Part shown: positions 10,442 through 21,005 of the stretch, piece after piece
How the letters are laid out: every line of letters starts with the position of its first letter
Position numbering within the stretch: the stretch's first letter is position 1
Assembly: GCA_023205875.1 (NCBI GenBank)
Contig: CP060755.1
Coordinates: 1,674,001-1,738,000, forward strand
Length of the DNA stretch: 64,000 bases
Direction of reading: 5' to 3'
Source of the DNA: Chloropicon primus
Taxonomy: Eukaryota
Made by a program: the position numbers and the translations under genes
The notes under the pieces: generated by a model
Database searches by the model: none
What the model was told of the DNA's origin: nothing
What the model saw: the letters and a program-made list of their open reading frames with translations, nothing else

Positions 10442-12700
10442 TTACAAATGTTTGCCCTTGGGCCTCTTCTTTGCGTCGAGGAACATCTTCTTACTCATTG
10501 ACTCTGCGTTGCGGGCCACTCTGTTGGGATCTCTTTGGACGTGCAAAGTGCCGCAGTTGGCGATGCCCAGGTAGCACAGAATCACGCAGTTCTCGTCATC
10601 CCTGCAGACACAGGGGCAGGCGTACGTGATGCCGCTGAAGGGGTGGTTCACCTTGCAGGTGCACTTCTGGTCGGGCCTCGGCTTGAGCATGCCACTCCCG
10701 TATCTACTCTGCAACCTGTCATCGAGCACCTGCTGGAAGAACTTGTGCATCTGGCTTTGCTTCCGCACCATGTGTATGCCACCCAAGTTGTTGACATCAA
10801 ATCGATTCATGATCATGTTGACGACCTTGTCCCACTTGGAACTCCGGAAATGGTATATCTTCTTCAACTTGGCGTCCGTGTGGTCCCCCAAAGAGTCGAC
10901 CTCGCTAAGCCTCAAGTCGATCAGCGCCATCAGAATCTTCTCCACCGTGTTGGTCATCTCGGGCCTGTACTTATCTTTAGTGTACAGTTGGGGTATCGAG
11001 TAAAGGCTTGAGATGTCCAAAGTCACGAGCTTGATCCCTTGGTTCTTGGAGTACAGCCCCAAGCACGGGCCCTTGTTGACCTTGCACTGGTCGAGGTTGT
11101 ACTTGCCGAGGTAGAACCTCGAGTAGATGACGTGCAGGTCGTCTCCCGTCTGCAGCATTGTCGGATAATGAATCCTGACCCCCTCCACGAACTCGTCCTC
11201 CAATAAGGCTATTTGGGTCCAAGTGTTGCCGTAGTCGACACTCGCGGCCAAGTGCAGGTGCGTCCTGCAGGAGGTACAGCCGGGCTGCCCCCTCTTGTGG
11301 TTGTTGAACGCCATGACAAGCAGAGAGTTCTCCAAAGTCGTGTTGGTGCCCTTAGGGGGGTGCACCTGCACCACAGAAAATTTGGTGTTCGGGTTGGAGA
11401 TGGGAAGGGGTTCCGGTCTGGTCCAACTCCGCCCGTTGTCGAAAGAGATTGATCTGAAAACGCAACCCACGATCGCCCTAAAGTAGCAGTGGAGCTCGGG
11501 TTTCCCCTGGTAAACCACCTCCACCAGGCTGCCCTCGATCAAGTTGGTCCTTCTCTCGCGTATGTCCCCATACGGGTTCCAGGTGGCGCCCTGATCTGTG
11601 GAGATCAAGACTCCGCTGGACGTCCTGTTTGCGATGTGAGCGTACATGAATCTGCTCTTGATCGCCTTCTCGTCTTTCGGGGTGCACGTGCTATTGTTCT
11701 CCCTCGGAGGTTGCTCCCTCCAGAAGGGCATCACCCAGTCGCCGTTCAGGAGCACGGTGGGCTTGTTCGCTATGACTTTGGGAATGCCGTCCGTCTTCTC
11801 CTTGAGCAAGGTCCGCCCCTTGCCCCAAGTCCAGCTCTTCCGCGGCCCACCGTGGGTCAAGTGGTCAAGCGCGCTCCCTACGACGCTCATCTGCTTCGCC
11901 CTGATGTCGCCACCGGGTTCCCACAGCGTCGTGTTTTGCACCACCTTCTGGCACGAGTTGCTCACAGCGTAGAACAGCCACAGAATTTGCTTCTTCTCAT
12001 CGAAGAAGAGCACCGGGCTCCAGTACGCCGACCACAAGGCATCTTGGTCAGGCGGAACTTCCTGGGCTTCTGACCAGGACACCCCCTCGTCGTCACTCAT
12101 CGCCCAGTAGATCCTCTGCTTGGGCAAGCCCTCCACCGCCACCCTCTGGAACCTGTCTCCGTTGTTTGGATTGGTCACAACCGGTGCCCGAGGTGCTGCC
12201 TGCCAAGCGGAAACAAACCTCAGCTTGCCGTCAGGCATCCTTATCTTCTCTATCATCGCCATGTGAGCATAGTGGATGTCTTCAGAGAACTTGGTGATGT
12301 ACGTGGACCGTTGCACCTTCAACATCTCAACCGTCGACACGTTGCCACTCACGTCGAGCTTCCTCTTCGCGGATATGGCAGGGCAGCCGTACCTTGGCAC
12401 TGGAGACAGCGGAGCGCCCTCCGGCCTAACGCGAGTGTCGTTCGCCCCGAACTGAGACTCTACATACTCTCCAGGCGCCGCCGGCGTTGCCATTTCCTGC
12501 GTCGGCGCTTGGTCCACACTCTTCCCTCCAGTGTCCCCTATCGTAGCGGTGAGATCTTGGGCCACCCAGTGAGCCACCGAGGTCACCTGTGGACCTGGCC
12601 TCAGCAACGAATACGAAACGAGGCAGAATGCCATCACCACGATGACCCTCTGCAGAAAGGGCTTGCCCTTCCTGCTTCTGGAACGCCTTTTCATCGGCAT
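10442..12700 (-). CDS. BNR/Asp-box (sialidase-like beta-propeller) type II membrane protein
   Basis: Four Asp-boxes (SDDEGVSW, STDQGATW, SFDNGRSW, SVDYGNTW); N-terminal signal anchor. Confidence 0.8.
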   Translation of the reverse strand: MPMKRRSRSRKGKPFLQRVIVVMAFCLVSYSLLRPGPQVTSVAHWVAQDLTATIGDTGGKSVDQAPTQEMATPAAPGEYVESQFGANDTRVRPEGAPLSPVPRYGCPAISAKRKLDVSGNVSTVEMLKVQRSTYITKFSEDIHYAHMAMIEKIRMPDGKLRFVSAWQAAPRAPVVTNPNNGDRFQRVAVEGLPKQRIYWAMSDDEGVSWSEAQEVPPDQDALWSAYWSPVLFFDEKKQILWLFYAVSNSCQKVVQNTTLWEPGGDIRAKQMSVVGSALDHLTHGGPRKSWTWGKGRTLLKEKTDGIPKVIANKPTVLLNGDWVMPFWREQPPRENNSTCTPKDEKAIKSRFMYAHIANRTSSGVLISTDQGATWNPYGDIRERRTNLIEGSLVEVVYQGKPELHCYFRAIVGCVFRSISFDNGRSWTRPEPLPISNPNTKFSVVQVHPPKGTNTTLENSLLVMAFNNHKRGQPGCTSCRTHLHLAASVDYGNTWTQIALLEDEFVEGVRIHYPTMLQTGDDLHVIYSRFYLGKYNLDQCKVNKGPCLGLYSKNQGIKLVTLDISSLYSIPQLYTKDKYRPEMTNTVEKILMALIDLRLSEVDSLGDHTDAKLKKIYHFRSSKWDKVVNMIMNRFDVNNLGGIHMVRKQSQMHKFFQQVLDDRLQSRYGSGMLKPRPDQKCTCKVNHPFSGITYACPCVCRDDENCVILCYLGIANCGTLHVQRDPNRVARNAESMSKKMFLDAKKRPKGKHL

Positions 12701-13062
12701 CAGGACAGAGAACCAAGTCCAAAGTGGAGGGCCACGTCCAATTCCACGCAAAAATACTTCGAACACCAACCCACCCCCAGCCAAACGCGGGGTAAAGTCT
12801 CTTTGCGTCGTGATTCGATCTCCCCTGAGGTACGTCAAGATCGTTTCTCTCTGGTCTCTGCGCCCGTCATCCTTCGACCTTGGCTTCGTCTTGGCTTGGC
12901 TTCACCTCCATTCCATCAAGACTCTTCCCAAGATGGTTGGAAAAATCATCAAGCTAGAGCTCTTGCTGAGAGAGACAGAGATGGAGGGAGGGAGGGAGGC
13001 GTGTCTGCAAAGCAAGCAAGCAAAGAGAAAGAAACTCTGTTACAATGTCGTGAAGGGCGGAT

Positions 13063-15282
13063 TCATTCGTCCCAAAAGTCCTTTTGCGTCTTGTACGGGC
13101 CAGAAGGATGGATCCAAAATTTGGCGCTCACCATTCTCTCCTGGGTGACCAGGCCGCACAACGACTCATAGTCCTCTCGGGGGAGCTCCCAGTCGATCAC
13201 GTCCAAGTTCGACTTGATGCGGCCCTCGTTCACGCTCTTTGGAAGAATGCTCGTGCCGTGCTGGATGCCCCAGCGGATCAAGCACTGGGCAGGGCTCTTG
13301 TTCAGCTTGGATGCCACGGACGCCAGAACGGGATCGTCCATCAGCTTTGGGCCCTTCCTCTGGAACATGGTCGAGCTGTCCGGGGAGCCCAAAGGAGAGT
13401 AGGCCGTCACGTGGATTCCCTTCTCCTGGCAGTACGTCAAGAGGGAATCCTGGCGCCAGTAAGGATGGACTTCCACTTGCAGCACGGCGGGCTTGACCTT
13501 CGCGTACGCCAAGATGTCATCAACCTTCTTCGTCGAGAAGTTGCTGACCCCGATGGAGTGAACCAGGCCCTCTGACACGAGGTCCTCCATGGCTTGCCAC
13601 GTCTCGCGGATCGAGGGCTGGACCGTGGGCCCAACATTCCCGGTCACCGGCCAGTGAATCAAAAGCAGGTCGAGGTGGTTCACTTTCAAGTCCCTGAGAA
13701 TCTTTTGCACGGCCGGCTTCACGCTCTCCCTGCCGTGGTGGTTGTTCCACAGCTTCGAGGTGAGGAAGACATCCTCGCGCTTCACGACCCCCTCCGCGAA
13801 CACGATCTGCAAGGCCTGGCCGATCTCGTGCTCGTTCGCATAGTACTCGGCGCAGTCGATGTGCCTGTACCCGGCCCTCAGGGCGTGCAGGGTGGCTTGC
13901 TTGATCTCACCCGCCTTGGACTTCCAGGTTCCCAGCCCGATCAGTGGGATCCTCTTGCCGTTGTTCAGGGTCTGGGTCGGCATGTTCTCCACGACGTTGT
14001 ACTTGGCTCGACTCTGCCTGAGGAAGGCCTCTGCGTCGTGAGGCACATCCCAAAGATCCTCCAGAGTCTTGTACGGGCCAGAAGGATTGAGCCAGAAGCT
14101 GCCATTCACCATTCTCTCCTGGGTGACCAGGCCGCACAACGACTCATAGTCCTCTCGGGGGAGCTCCCAGTCGATCACGTCCAAGTTCGACTTGATGCGG
14201 CCCTCGTTCACGCTCTTTGGAAGAATGCTCGTGCCGTGCTGGATGCCCCAGCGGATCAAGCACTGGGCAGGGCTCTTGTTCAGCTTGGATGCCACGGACG
14301 CCAGAACGGGATCGTCCATCAGCTTTGGGCCCTTCCTCTGGAACATGGTCGAGCTGTCCGGGGAGCCCAAAGGAGAGTAGGCCGTCACGTGGATTCCCTT
14401 CTCCTGGCAGTACGTCAAGAGGGAATCCTGGCGCCAGTAAGGATGGACTTCCACTTGCAGCACGGCGGGCTTGACCTTCGCGTACGCCAAGATGTCATCA
14501 ACCTTCTTCGTCGAGAAGTTGCTGACCCCGATGGAGTGAACCAGGCCCTCTGACACGAGGTCCTCCATGGCTTGCCACGTCTCGCGGATCGAGGGCTGGA
14601 CCGTGGGCCCAACATTCCCGGTCACCGGCCAGTGAATCAAAAGCAGGTCGAGGTGGTTCACTTTCAAGTCCCTGAGAATCTTTTGCACGGCCGGCTTCAC
14701 GCTCTCCCTGCCGTGGTGGTTGTTCCACAGCTTCGAGGTGAGGAAGACATCCTCGCGCTTCACGACCCCCTCCGCGAACACGATCTGCAAGGCCTGGCCG
14801 ATCTCGTGCTCGTTCGCATAGTACTCGGCGCAGTCGATGTGCCTGTACCCGGCCCTCAGGGCGTGCAGGGTGGCTTGCTTGATCTCACCCGCCTTGGACT
14901 TCCAGGTTCCCAGCCCGATCAGTGGGATCCTCTTGCCGTTGTTCAGGGTCTGGGTCGGCATGTTCTCCACGACGTTGTACTTGGCTCGACTCTGCCTGAG
15001 GAAGGCCTCCATGTTCTGTGGCGTGATTTTGATGACCTTCGGCAGCTGCTGCCCCTTCTGCTTCCTTTCTCTCAAGACTCTCATGGCCTCCGCCATGTTC
15101 GCCTTCTCCTTGTCGTCGAACTTGTCCTCGGTCACACCCCGCAGGTCGAAGAACCTCACGCGCCCCTTCTCGACGCCGTTCTCGTCCCTCGAAACGTGAT
15201 CCTCCCTCGACTTGAACCTCGCCATGCACGCGCGAAGCTCCGCGCCCAGCTCCGCAACTCTGTCCCCCTCCATCGCAGCCAT
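13063..15282 (-). CDS. Aldo-keto reductase with two tandem AKR domains
   Basis: IGLGTWK, GYRHIDCAEYY, LLIHWP, IGVSNFS and AYSPLGS each occur twice in one ORF. Confidence 0.9.
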   Translation of the reverse strand: MAAMEGDRVAELGAELRACMARFKSREDHVSRDENGVEKGRVRFFDLRGVTEDKFDDKEKANMAEAMRVLRERKQKGQQLPKVIKITPQNMEAFLRQSRAKYNVVENMPTQTLNNGKRIPLIGLGTWKSKAGEIKQATLHALRAGYRHIDCAEYYANEHEIGQALQIVFAEGVVKREDVFLTSKLWNNHHGRESVKPAVQKILRDLKVNHLDLLLIHWPVTGNVGPTVQPSIRETWQAMEDLVSEGLVHSIGVSNFSTKKVDDILAYAKVKPAVLQVEVHPYWRQDSLLTYCQEKGIHVTAYSPLGSPDSSTMFQRKGPKLMDDPVLASVASKLNKSPAQCLIRWGIQHGTSILPKSVNEGRIKSNLDVIDWELPREDYESLCGLVTQERMVNGSFWLNPSGPYKTLEDLWDVPHDAEAFLRQSRAKYNVVENMPTQTLNNGKRIPLIGLGTWKSKAGEIKQATLHALRAGYRHIDCAEYYANEHEIGQALQIVFAEGVVKREDVFLTSKLWNNHHGRESVKPAVQKILRDLKVNHLDLLLIHWPVTGNVGPTVQPSIRETWQAMEDLVSEGLVHSIGVSNFSTKKVDDILAYAKVKPAVLQVEVHPYWRQDSLLTYCQEKGIHVTAYSPLGSPDSSTMFQRKGPKLMDDPVLASVASKLNKSPAQCLIRWGIQHGTSILPKSVNEGRIKSNLDVIDWELPREDYESLCGLVTQERMVSAKFWIHPSGPYKTQKDFWDE
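13128..15009. repeat. Direct repeat: 13128-14031 matches 14106-15009 (904 bp, period 978)
   Basis: No differences seen by eye; shadow ORFs recur identically at +978. Confidence 0.9.
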
Positions 15283-15701
15283 ACCCTACCGTTGTCCCCT
15301 CTTCAACCCCTCTTCCTCTCTCCTCCTCGTCCGGGCGCGCGCCCGACCAGCCCAAAAAATCGAAACGCTCCTGCTTCCGTTTCAATTTTGTAATGGAGGA
15401 CGGCGGGGTGGGGAGGGAAAGAGGAAGGACTGAAGGGGGGTTAGCGAGTGCGCGGACGCACGCACAAAGATCAAAAACAAAAAACTTTTATGGAAAAAGT
15501 TGTTAAGCAAAACACCAAAAAAAAACTCTTTGCCTTTCAAAAAGAAGCCTTGGATCGTCCTGGAAAAATTTGATCCAGCTTCGCAGACACAAAAACTCTT
15601 CTCCCCCACACAGGGGGGAGAGCAAAAAAAAACGAAGCGACCAAGGTGGTGGGGGAACTCTAGCATGCAGTCCGGACGATCCGCTTGCCCTCGGGCGGGA
15701 C

Positions 15702-16910
15702 TTAGCGGCCGTCGTCGGAAGACGCCGGAGCCTCCTCCTCCTCGGCGGCTGGGGCCGAGAAACCGAACCTCTCGTTCACCTGGTCGATGACGGCCTGAAC
15801 ATCCTCCTCCTTGATCGTCCAGAAGTTGTCCATCTTCTCCAAAATCCCGTCGACCTCCTCCTGGGTGAAGTAAGGCTTTCCGTCCCCGTCGTTGGTGAAA
15901 GGGAGGCTGAACACGAAGCCGTAGCCCTCGGACAGGGAATGGATCGCGTCGGCCGGGGTGTCGGCCTTCTCCTCCAAGTAAGCCTCGAGGTAGTTGACCA
16001 CCATGGCGCCAATGACCTTGGACAGGTCTACCTTGATAATCTTGGCCTGGGCGTCCCTGGCGGCGTAGTCCCCGTCAACGATGGCCTGCCTCCCCGCGAC
16101 GAAGGCCTTGAAGACGTCGTCGCTGATTCCCGGGGCAACGTCCCCCGCGCTCACTTTCTTCAAGTACTTGTTCAGCAGGGTTCCGGAGCCGCTTGGAGTG
16201 GAAAGGTCGGCAGTCGCGTCCTCCTCCTGGCCGTAGAGGTAGCCGAAAGCCTCGTCCCAGGCGTGCTCCATCGAGGTGTAGGGCTTCCCCTCGGCGGTGA
16301 CGCCGTTGGTGTTGTCGTCCTGCTTGGTGCCCGAATCGAGCTTGCAGGCGTCGATGTAGTTGTTGACGATCTGATCGAGGGCGAACGCGCCGATGAGGGA
16401 CTTCTGGAAGGTCTGGTCGACCTCCCAGCCCTTGGAGTTCACGTTGATGGTCCTCTTGTTGTCCGAAAGGACGCCAGGGGACCCGTCCGCCGCCGCGGTG
16501 TTCCAGGCGGGAATCACGTTGTTGGCGAAGTCCTTGATCATGTCAGCGAGCTTCTCTTTCGCGGCGGCGTTCTCCTCGTTGAGGCACCCGCTCGCCGTCT
16601 TGCCCGCCACGTTCTTCCCGTCCTTGCCGGCCTCGTCCAGGGAGGGGTCCGCGAAACCCGTCCCTTCCTGGAACTGCTGCAGGAGCGCATCCGCGGTGGA
16701 CTCGTTGGAGTTCATCCCATCGTACAGCTCGTCCGCCATCTTCAGCCTCGCGGTCTGACCCCCGAAGGACACCGTGCTGGCCCCGTCCCTCTCGAACGAG
16801 TACGACGCCTTCTCCGCGTACGCCAGGAACGCCAAGTTCGGGATCAAGCTCGCCCCCAGGATCGCCGCCGCAACGGCGGTGGCGGAGAACCTCCTCTTCG
16901 TGCCCATCAT
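15702..16910 (-). CDS. Secreted DUF4856-like protein (bacterial-type, acidic)
   Basis: Signal-like N-terminus; YSFERDGASTVSFGGQTARL, QKSLIGAFALDQI, MEHAWDEAFGYLYG and HSLSEGYGF resemble the DUF4856 family as recalled, not searched. Confidence 0.7.
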   Translation of the reverse strand: MMGTKRRFSATAVAAAILGASLIPNLAFLAYAEKASYSFERDGASTVSFGGQTARLKMADELYDGMNSNESTADALLQQFQEGTGFADPSLDEAGKDGKNVAGKTASGCLNEENAAAKEKLADMIKDFANNVIPAWNTAAADGSPGVLSDNKRTINVNSKGWEVDQTFQKSLIGAFALDQIVNNYIDACKLDSGTKQDDNTNGVTAEGKPYTSMEHAWDEAFGYLYGQEEDATADLSTPSGSGTLLNKYLKKVSAGDVAPGISDDVFKAFVAGRQAIVDGDYAARDAQAKIIKVDLSKVIGAMVVNYLEAYLEEKADTPADAIHSLSEGYGFVFSLPFTNDGDGKPYFTQEEVDGILEKMDNFWTIKEEDVQAVIDQVNERFGFSAPAAEEEEAPASSDDGR

Positions 16911-17339
16911 CGTCGCCGCAATGTCTCCGTCGTGTTCCAACAACCGGGTCCGCTGTGCGTAACTCGTCTTTCGTCTCCTGCTTCTCGTTCAAGGAAGGGA
17001 ATGGCCGCCAACGAGCTCTCTGCCTTTGGGCTAGGGTTTTGACCCACCACCTCGGGGCAAACCCCCAATCGTTTCATTCGTTTCGTTCGTTTCAAGATGT
17101 AACGCCCGGGGGGGAGTGACGAGGGTTTAGGATCGAGTTTGGGGGTGGGGGGATGGGGGACGGGGACGGATGGAAACGAAACATGTAAAGAAGTTTATCA
17201 AAAACGGCTGTGATCTCTCACAAGGGTTCTGCTTATACTCAAGCTACACAGAGAGATGTCGAAGGGAAACAAAATGACATCAACAAACGCAAAAACGCAA
17301 AATCGCAAAAACGCAAAAACGCGGGCCGGGAGATCCCCA

Positions 17340-18515
17340 TCAGTAGTAGCCCAAGTCCTCCAGGATGGCGTAGACGTCCACGAGCCTGCCCATGTACGTG
17401 ATGGTGTCCTCCTGGATGGGGACCATGCCCTTGGTTCCCGCCTTGAAGAGCGCGGGCTTGGTGCTCAGCCAGTTTGCGAACGCTGGGGTCGAGGCCGCGT
17501 CCATGAAGGCGGCCCTGATCTCGTCGACCGGCAGCTCCTTGGCGCTGACGGCCACCATGTGAGACGGAATCCTCGCGTAGTTGCACCCGTCGAAGTCGTC
17601 GACGTCCGCGCACCCACCGTCGGGGCACACGAGCTTCAGGTCCGCCTTGGACACCGAGGACCAGGGCTGCGGGTCGTTCCCGTCGGCGGCGTAGTCCTGA
17701 GAGGTGGTCTCCTTCATGAAAGCGACGTCGCCCCCGCCCTCCATCAGGCACCTCAAGGACCCAGCGTACCCCGAGTAAGGGTCGCTGTCCCTCTTGCAGT
17801 CCCCGATGCAGTTGGCGCACATCTGGTCCTGGACCTCCTCGGGTCCGCTCGGGGCGCACATCTGCGGGAAGTACTCGAGCATGATCTCGTAGTCCTTCTT
17901 GTTGGAGATGGCCTCGACGCCGGAGGCGTCCCTCTCGATGCTGACGATGGAAGCCAACGGGATGGTCCACCCGCTGGTCCTCTTGTAGCCCGTGTGGCAA
18001 CTCCTCGAGCCCTTCAAGTCGGCCAGGCTGACTTTGGGGTTGGCCTCGCACACGCTCGCGGGGACCACGGCCACGCCGTAGTACGTCAGGCCCTTGCCGC
18101 TCCCGGTGTAGTCCTCCGCCGCAATGGCTTCGAACCCGTAGTCCTTGTTCGCGTCGTACACGTCGTGGGCGTCCATGTCCATGCCGAAGTTGCAAGCGCC
18201 GGTCGAAATCATCTCCAAGACGCTGTCCTCCCCGGCCGCGGGCTTGACGCACTCCCAGTTGAACTGGCTGGCCAGGAGGCTTCGCCTCCTCCTGCCGTCA
18301 TCGGAGACTGGACCCGTGTCGTCCCCGCCCATGTCGTCGTCCTCCTCTACCTGGCCCTCGGCCCCTCCGCCGCCGCTGAAGAACGTCTTCACCATCTCCA
18401 TGCACGCGAGGTACTCCTTGTCCGCCGCGGCGCACACCTTCACGTCCACTGCCTGCGCGCTCGCCGAGCCCAGCGCCAGCAGGGCAGCCACCAACAAACC
18501 CACGCTCCTCATCAT
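17340..18515 (-). CDS. Secreted single-lobe transferrin-family protein
   Basis: Signal peptide; YYGVAVV, LKGSRSCHTGYKRTSGWTIP, YSGYAGSLRCLMEGGGDVAF and CNYARIPSH motifs. Confidence 0.92.
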   Translation of the reverse strand: MMRSVGLLVAALLALGSASAQAVDVKVCAAADKEYLACMEMVKTFFSGGGGAEGQVEEDDDMGGDDTGPVSDDGRRRRSLLASQFNWECVKPAAGEDSVLEMISTGACNFGMDMDAHDVYDANKDYGFEAIAAEDYTGSGKGLTYYGVAVVPASVCEANPKVSLADLKGSRSCHTGYKRTSGWTIPLASIVSIERDASGVEAISNKKDYEIMLEYFPQMCAPSGPEEVQDQMCANCIGDCKRDSDPYSGYAGSLRCLMEGGGDVAFMKETTSQDYAADGNDPQPWSSVSKADLKLVCPDGGCADVDDFDGCNYARIPSHMVAVSAKELPVDEIRAAFMDAASTPAFANWLSTKPALFKAGTKGMVPIQEDTITYMGRLVDVYAILEDLGYY

Positions 18516-19141
18516 CCCTTTTTGCTCAACGTCGCGTCGTTCCTCTGCGCCCCAAACTGTCGTCAGTCCGCGGCGGTTACAGTCGCTGCTCCCTCTCCAA
18601 CAATTTCCACCAATAACTGAAGAAGACTGACAAGGTTTGGGGCATTTTGGAAGGGCGGGGAGGGAGAGAGGGAGAGGGAGAGAGGGAGAGGGAGAGAGAG
18701 GGAGGCAAGGGGAAGGAAGGACGTCTCGCTTCGAGGACGTTGGCGTTTGTTGTTTATCGTGTTATCTTTGTTCTGTTTTACTTTCAATTTGGTTACTCAG
18801 ATTAATACTCTTTTTTCGATTTTTTAGACAGGTTTCACAGGCTCGATCCAAAAGAGTCCAACTGTCGTGTCCTGGTTCGTCTGTTCCGTTCCGTTCCGCT
18901 CCTCTGTTGTCCCCTTCTTTCGCCACAGCGAACGAGCAGCCACACGTAGTTGCAAAGAAAACCTTGTGCTGCGTTCTCAACCACCGCGACTAAGATACAA
19001 AACCTTTCATAACACCAAGACCAAGTTGTGGCGACAGAAAGATGACAACAAGAAGCCGGAGGCAACAAGGCAACAGGCAAGACAAGACTCTCTCACTCGA
19101 ACTCCTTTCGCTCCCCTCCTCGAAGACTACGCCACAGTCAC

Positions 19142-20198
19142 TTAGATGGCATCAGCATTGATCTTTTTGTATTCCGCGATCCTTTCTCCCAGGATCTCCT
19201 CTGCCGAACCCATAATTCTCTCGAAAGCGGTCCTTGCCATCGACAAGACCTTGACCTTCGTGCCAGCGACACAGTCGGCAGCCCTGGGCTTCTCCTCGAT
19301 CAAAGCCATCTCCCCAAAGTAGCCTCCCGCCTCAATCTTCTTGACCATTTTCCTCTCCTCTCCTATCTTCTTGTAGCACTCTATCTCACCCTTCTCCACA
19401 ATGTAGAACTTGGAGTCGCTGGTAAGTTCGTCCCCTTCCTTCAATATGCACTCACCAGGGTCGTAGATCTCTAGGGTAAGGCAGTCAGCGATCACGCTGC
19501 GGTCCTCCGGGGTCAGAACCTGGAAGAGCTCGATCTGCGACAGCGTTCTCTCGTACTGGAGCCTCTTCTTCGCAGTGCTCACAACTATGATGTTCCTGAA
19601 AGACAGCCTGTCGACGCACCACAGAGTACCTTCACTGCGGGCGATCACAGTAGCTGCCCTAGGGCAGTTATACATAAGAGCTAGTTCGCCAAAAGATCCC
19701 TTGTTGTCGTAGGAAAACACCTCCTGGTCCGCCTTGAGCGCAACAAACTCTCCTCGCTCGATAATGTAAAAGTTGTCTCCTTCGTCTCCTTCCTTGATAA
19801 TCATCTCGTCTTTGTCTACCTTCTTCTCGAACATGGCGTCAATAATATCGGACTCCTGCTCGTTGTCAAGACCGTCGAACAGAATGCACTTCTCCATTGC
19901 AATCTTAATTCTTTCCTTGGCGTCGTCCGACTTCTCGTGCACCACCTTTTGGACTATCTTTCCCATCGTGACGCTCGAGGTCTCCGCGCTCACGGAGGCC
20001 CTCCTTCTTGGAACGAAATTCACGGGCTTCTCGCTCTTTTCTTGCTTGGCAGGTGAGTCATTGCCCACCGCACTCACGTCATTAGACGCTCCGGAGCTGG
20101 TGGTTTGGAGGAGGAACAAAAAGAAAAACATTCGGTCAGCAAGCGCCCCCTGCGTCGCGAAGGACTTCTTCTTCTTCTTCTTACCATATATTTCCCAT
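19142..20198 (-). CDS. cAMP-dependent protein kinase regulatory subunit (exon 20198-20185, intron 20184-20097)
   Basis: RRRASVSAE inhibitor site; two cNMP cassettes FGELALMYNCPRAAT and FGEMALIEEKPRAAD; spliced start MGNICSG. Confidence 0.88.
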
Positions 20199-20639
20199 GC
20201 CTGCCTGCTTCTGTGTGCGTAAGTGTGCACTATGCTTTTCCTATCCGTGTCCTAGAACGAGACGAAAGCTTTCGTCTTGTTTGGCTCCTCGTGTCACGCG
20301 AAGCAGTGCCCCCCTCTTCCTTTTACTCTCCGTCCTATCCAGCCTGCTTCCCAAAGGGTAGGTCACGGAAAGACAAAGTCCGCCGCAAAGATGTACGCCT
20401 TGTGCCCAATGCAGAGTAGAGCGCCGGTGCTCTCCTCTCCCGTCTCAGACTGTCGCCCCCCTCTCAGACTGTTCTCCCGTCCTGGTTGTGTCCAAGTCGT
20501 CGCTTTGTTGCGAGGTTTAGCCCCTCCGAGACTTGGGTTCTTGTCCACTCGTGTCGTTGTGTGTGACCCACACCCCAACCCCCGGTTTCGTTTCGTTTCT
20601 TTCTCGTTCGTTTGTTCGTTGGTTCGTTTCGTGTTCTCT

Positions 20640-21005
20640 CTCTTGTTCTTGTTCTTGTTCTTGTTCTTGTTCTTGTTCTTGTTCTTGTGTGGGTTTCTTC
20701 TTGTCCGCGTGGTTCCGTGGTCCCTCACCAAGAAACAAAGAAAAGAGAGTTCTGTTCTCTTGCATTTCCTCTTTCTTTTTCTTTTTTTTTGTGTGGATGG
20801 ATGGGGGAAGAACAAGAGAACACAAGAACAAGAACAACAAGAACACAACGCAACACTACACTACACTGTGGCTGTGTTTGAAAGACCAATCTCATCCTCA
20901 GCATCATCATCATCTTTTCCTTCTTCTTCTTCTTCTTGTTCTTGTTCTTCTTGTTCTTGTTGTTCTTGTTGTTCTTGTTGTTGTTGTTGTTCTTGTTGTT
21001 GTTGA
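20640..21005. repeat. Low-complexity microsatellites ((TTCTTG)n, (TTG/TTC)n) upstream of PKA-R
   Basis: Visible tandem short repeats. Confidence 0.8.

Noticed and set aside
17030..17131. TAGGGTTT/GGGTTTAGG telomere-like motifs
   Set aside because: Isolated telo-box-sized words, not an interstitial telomere array
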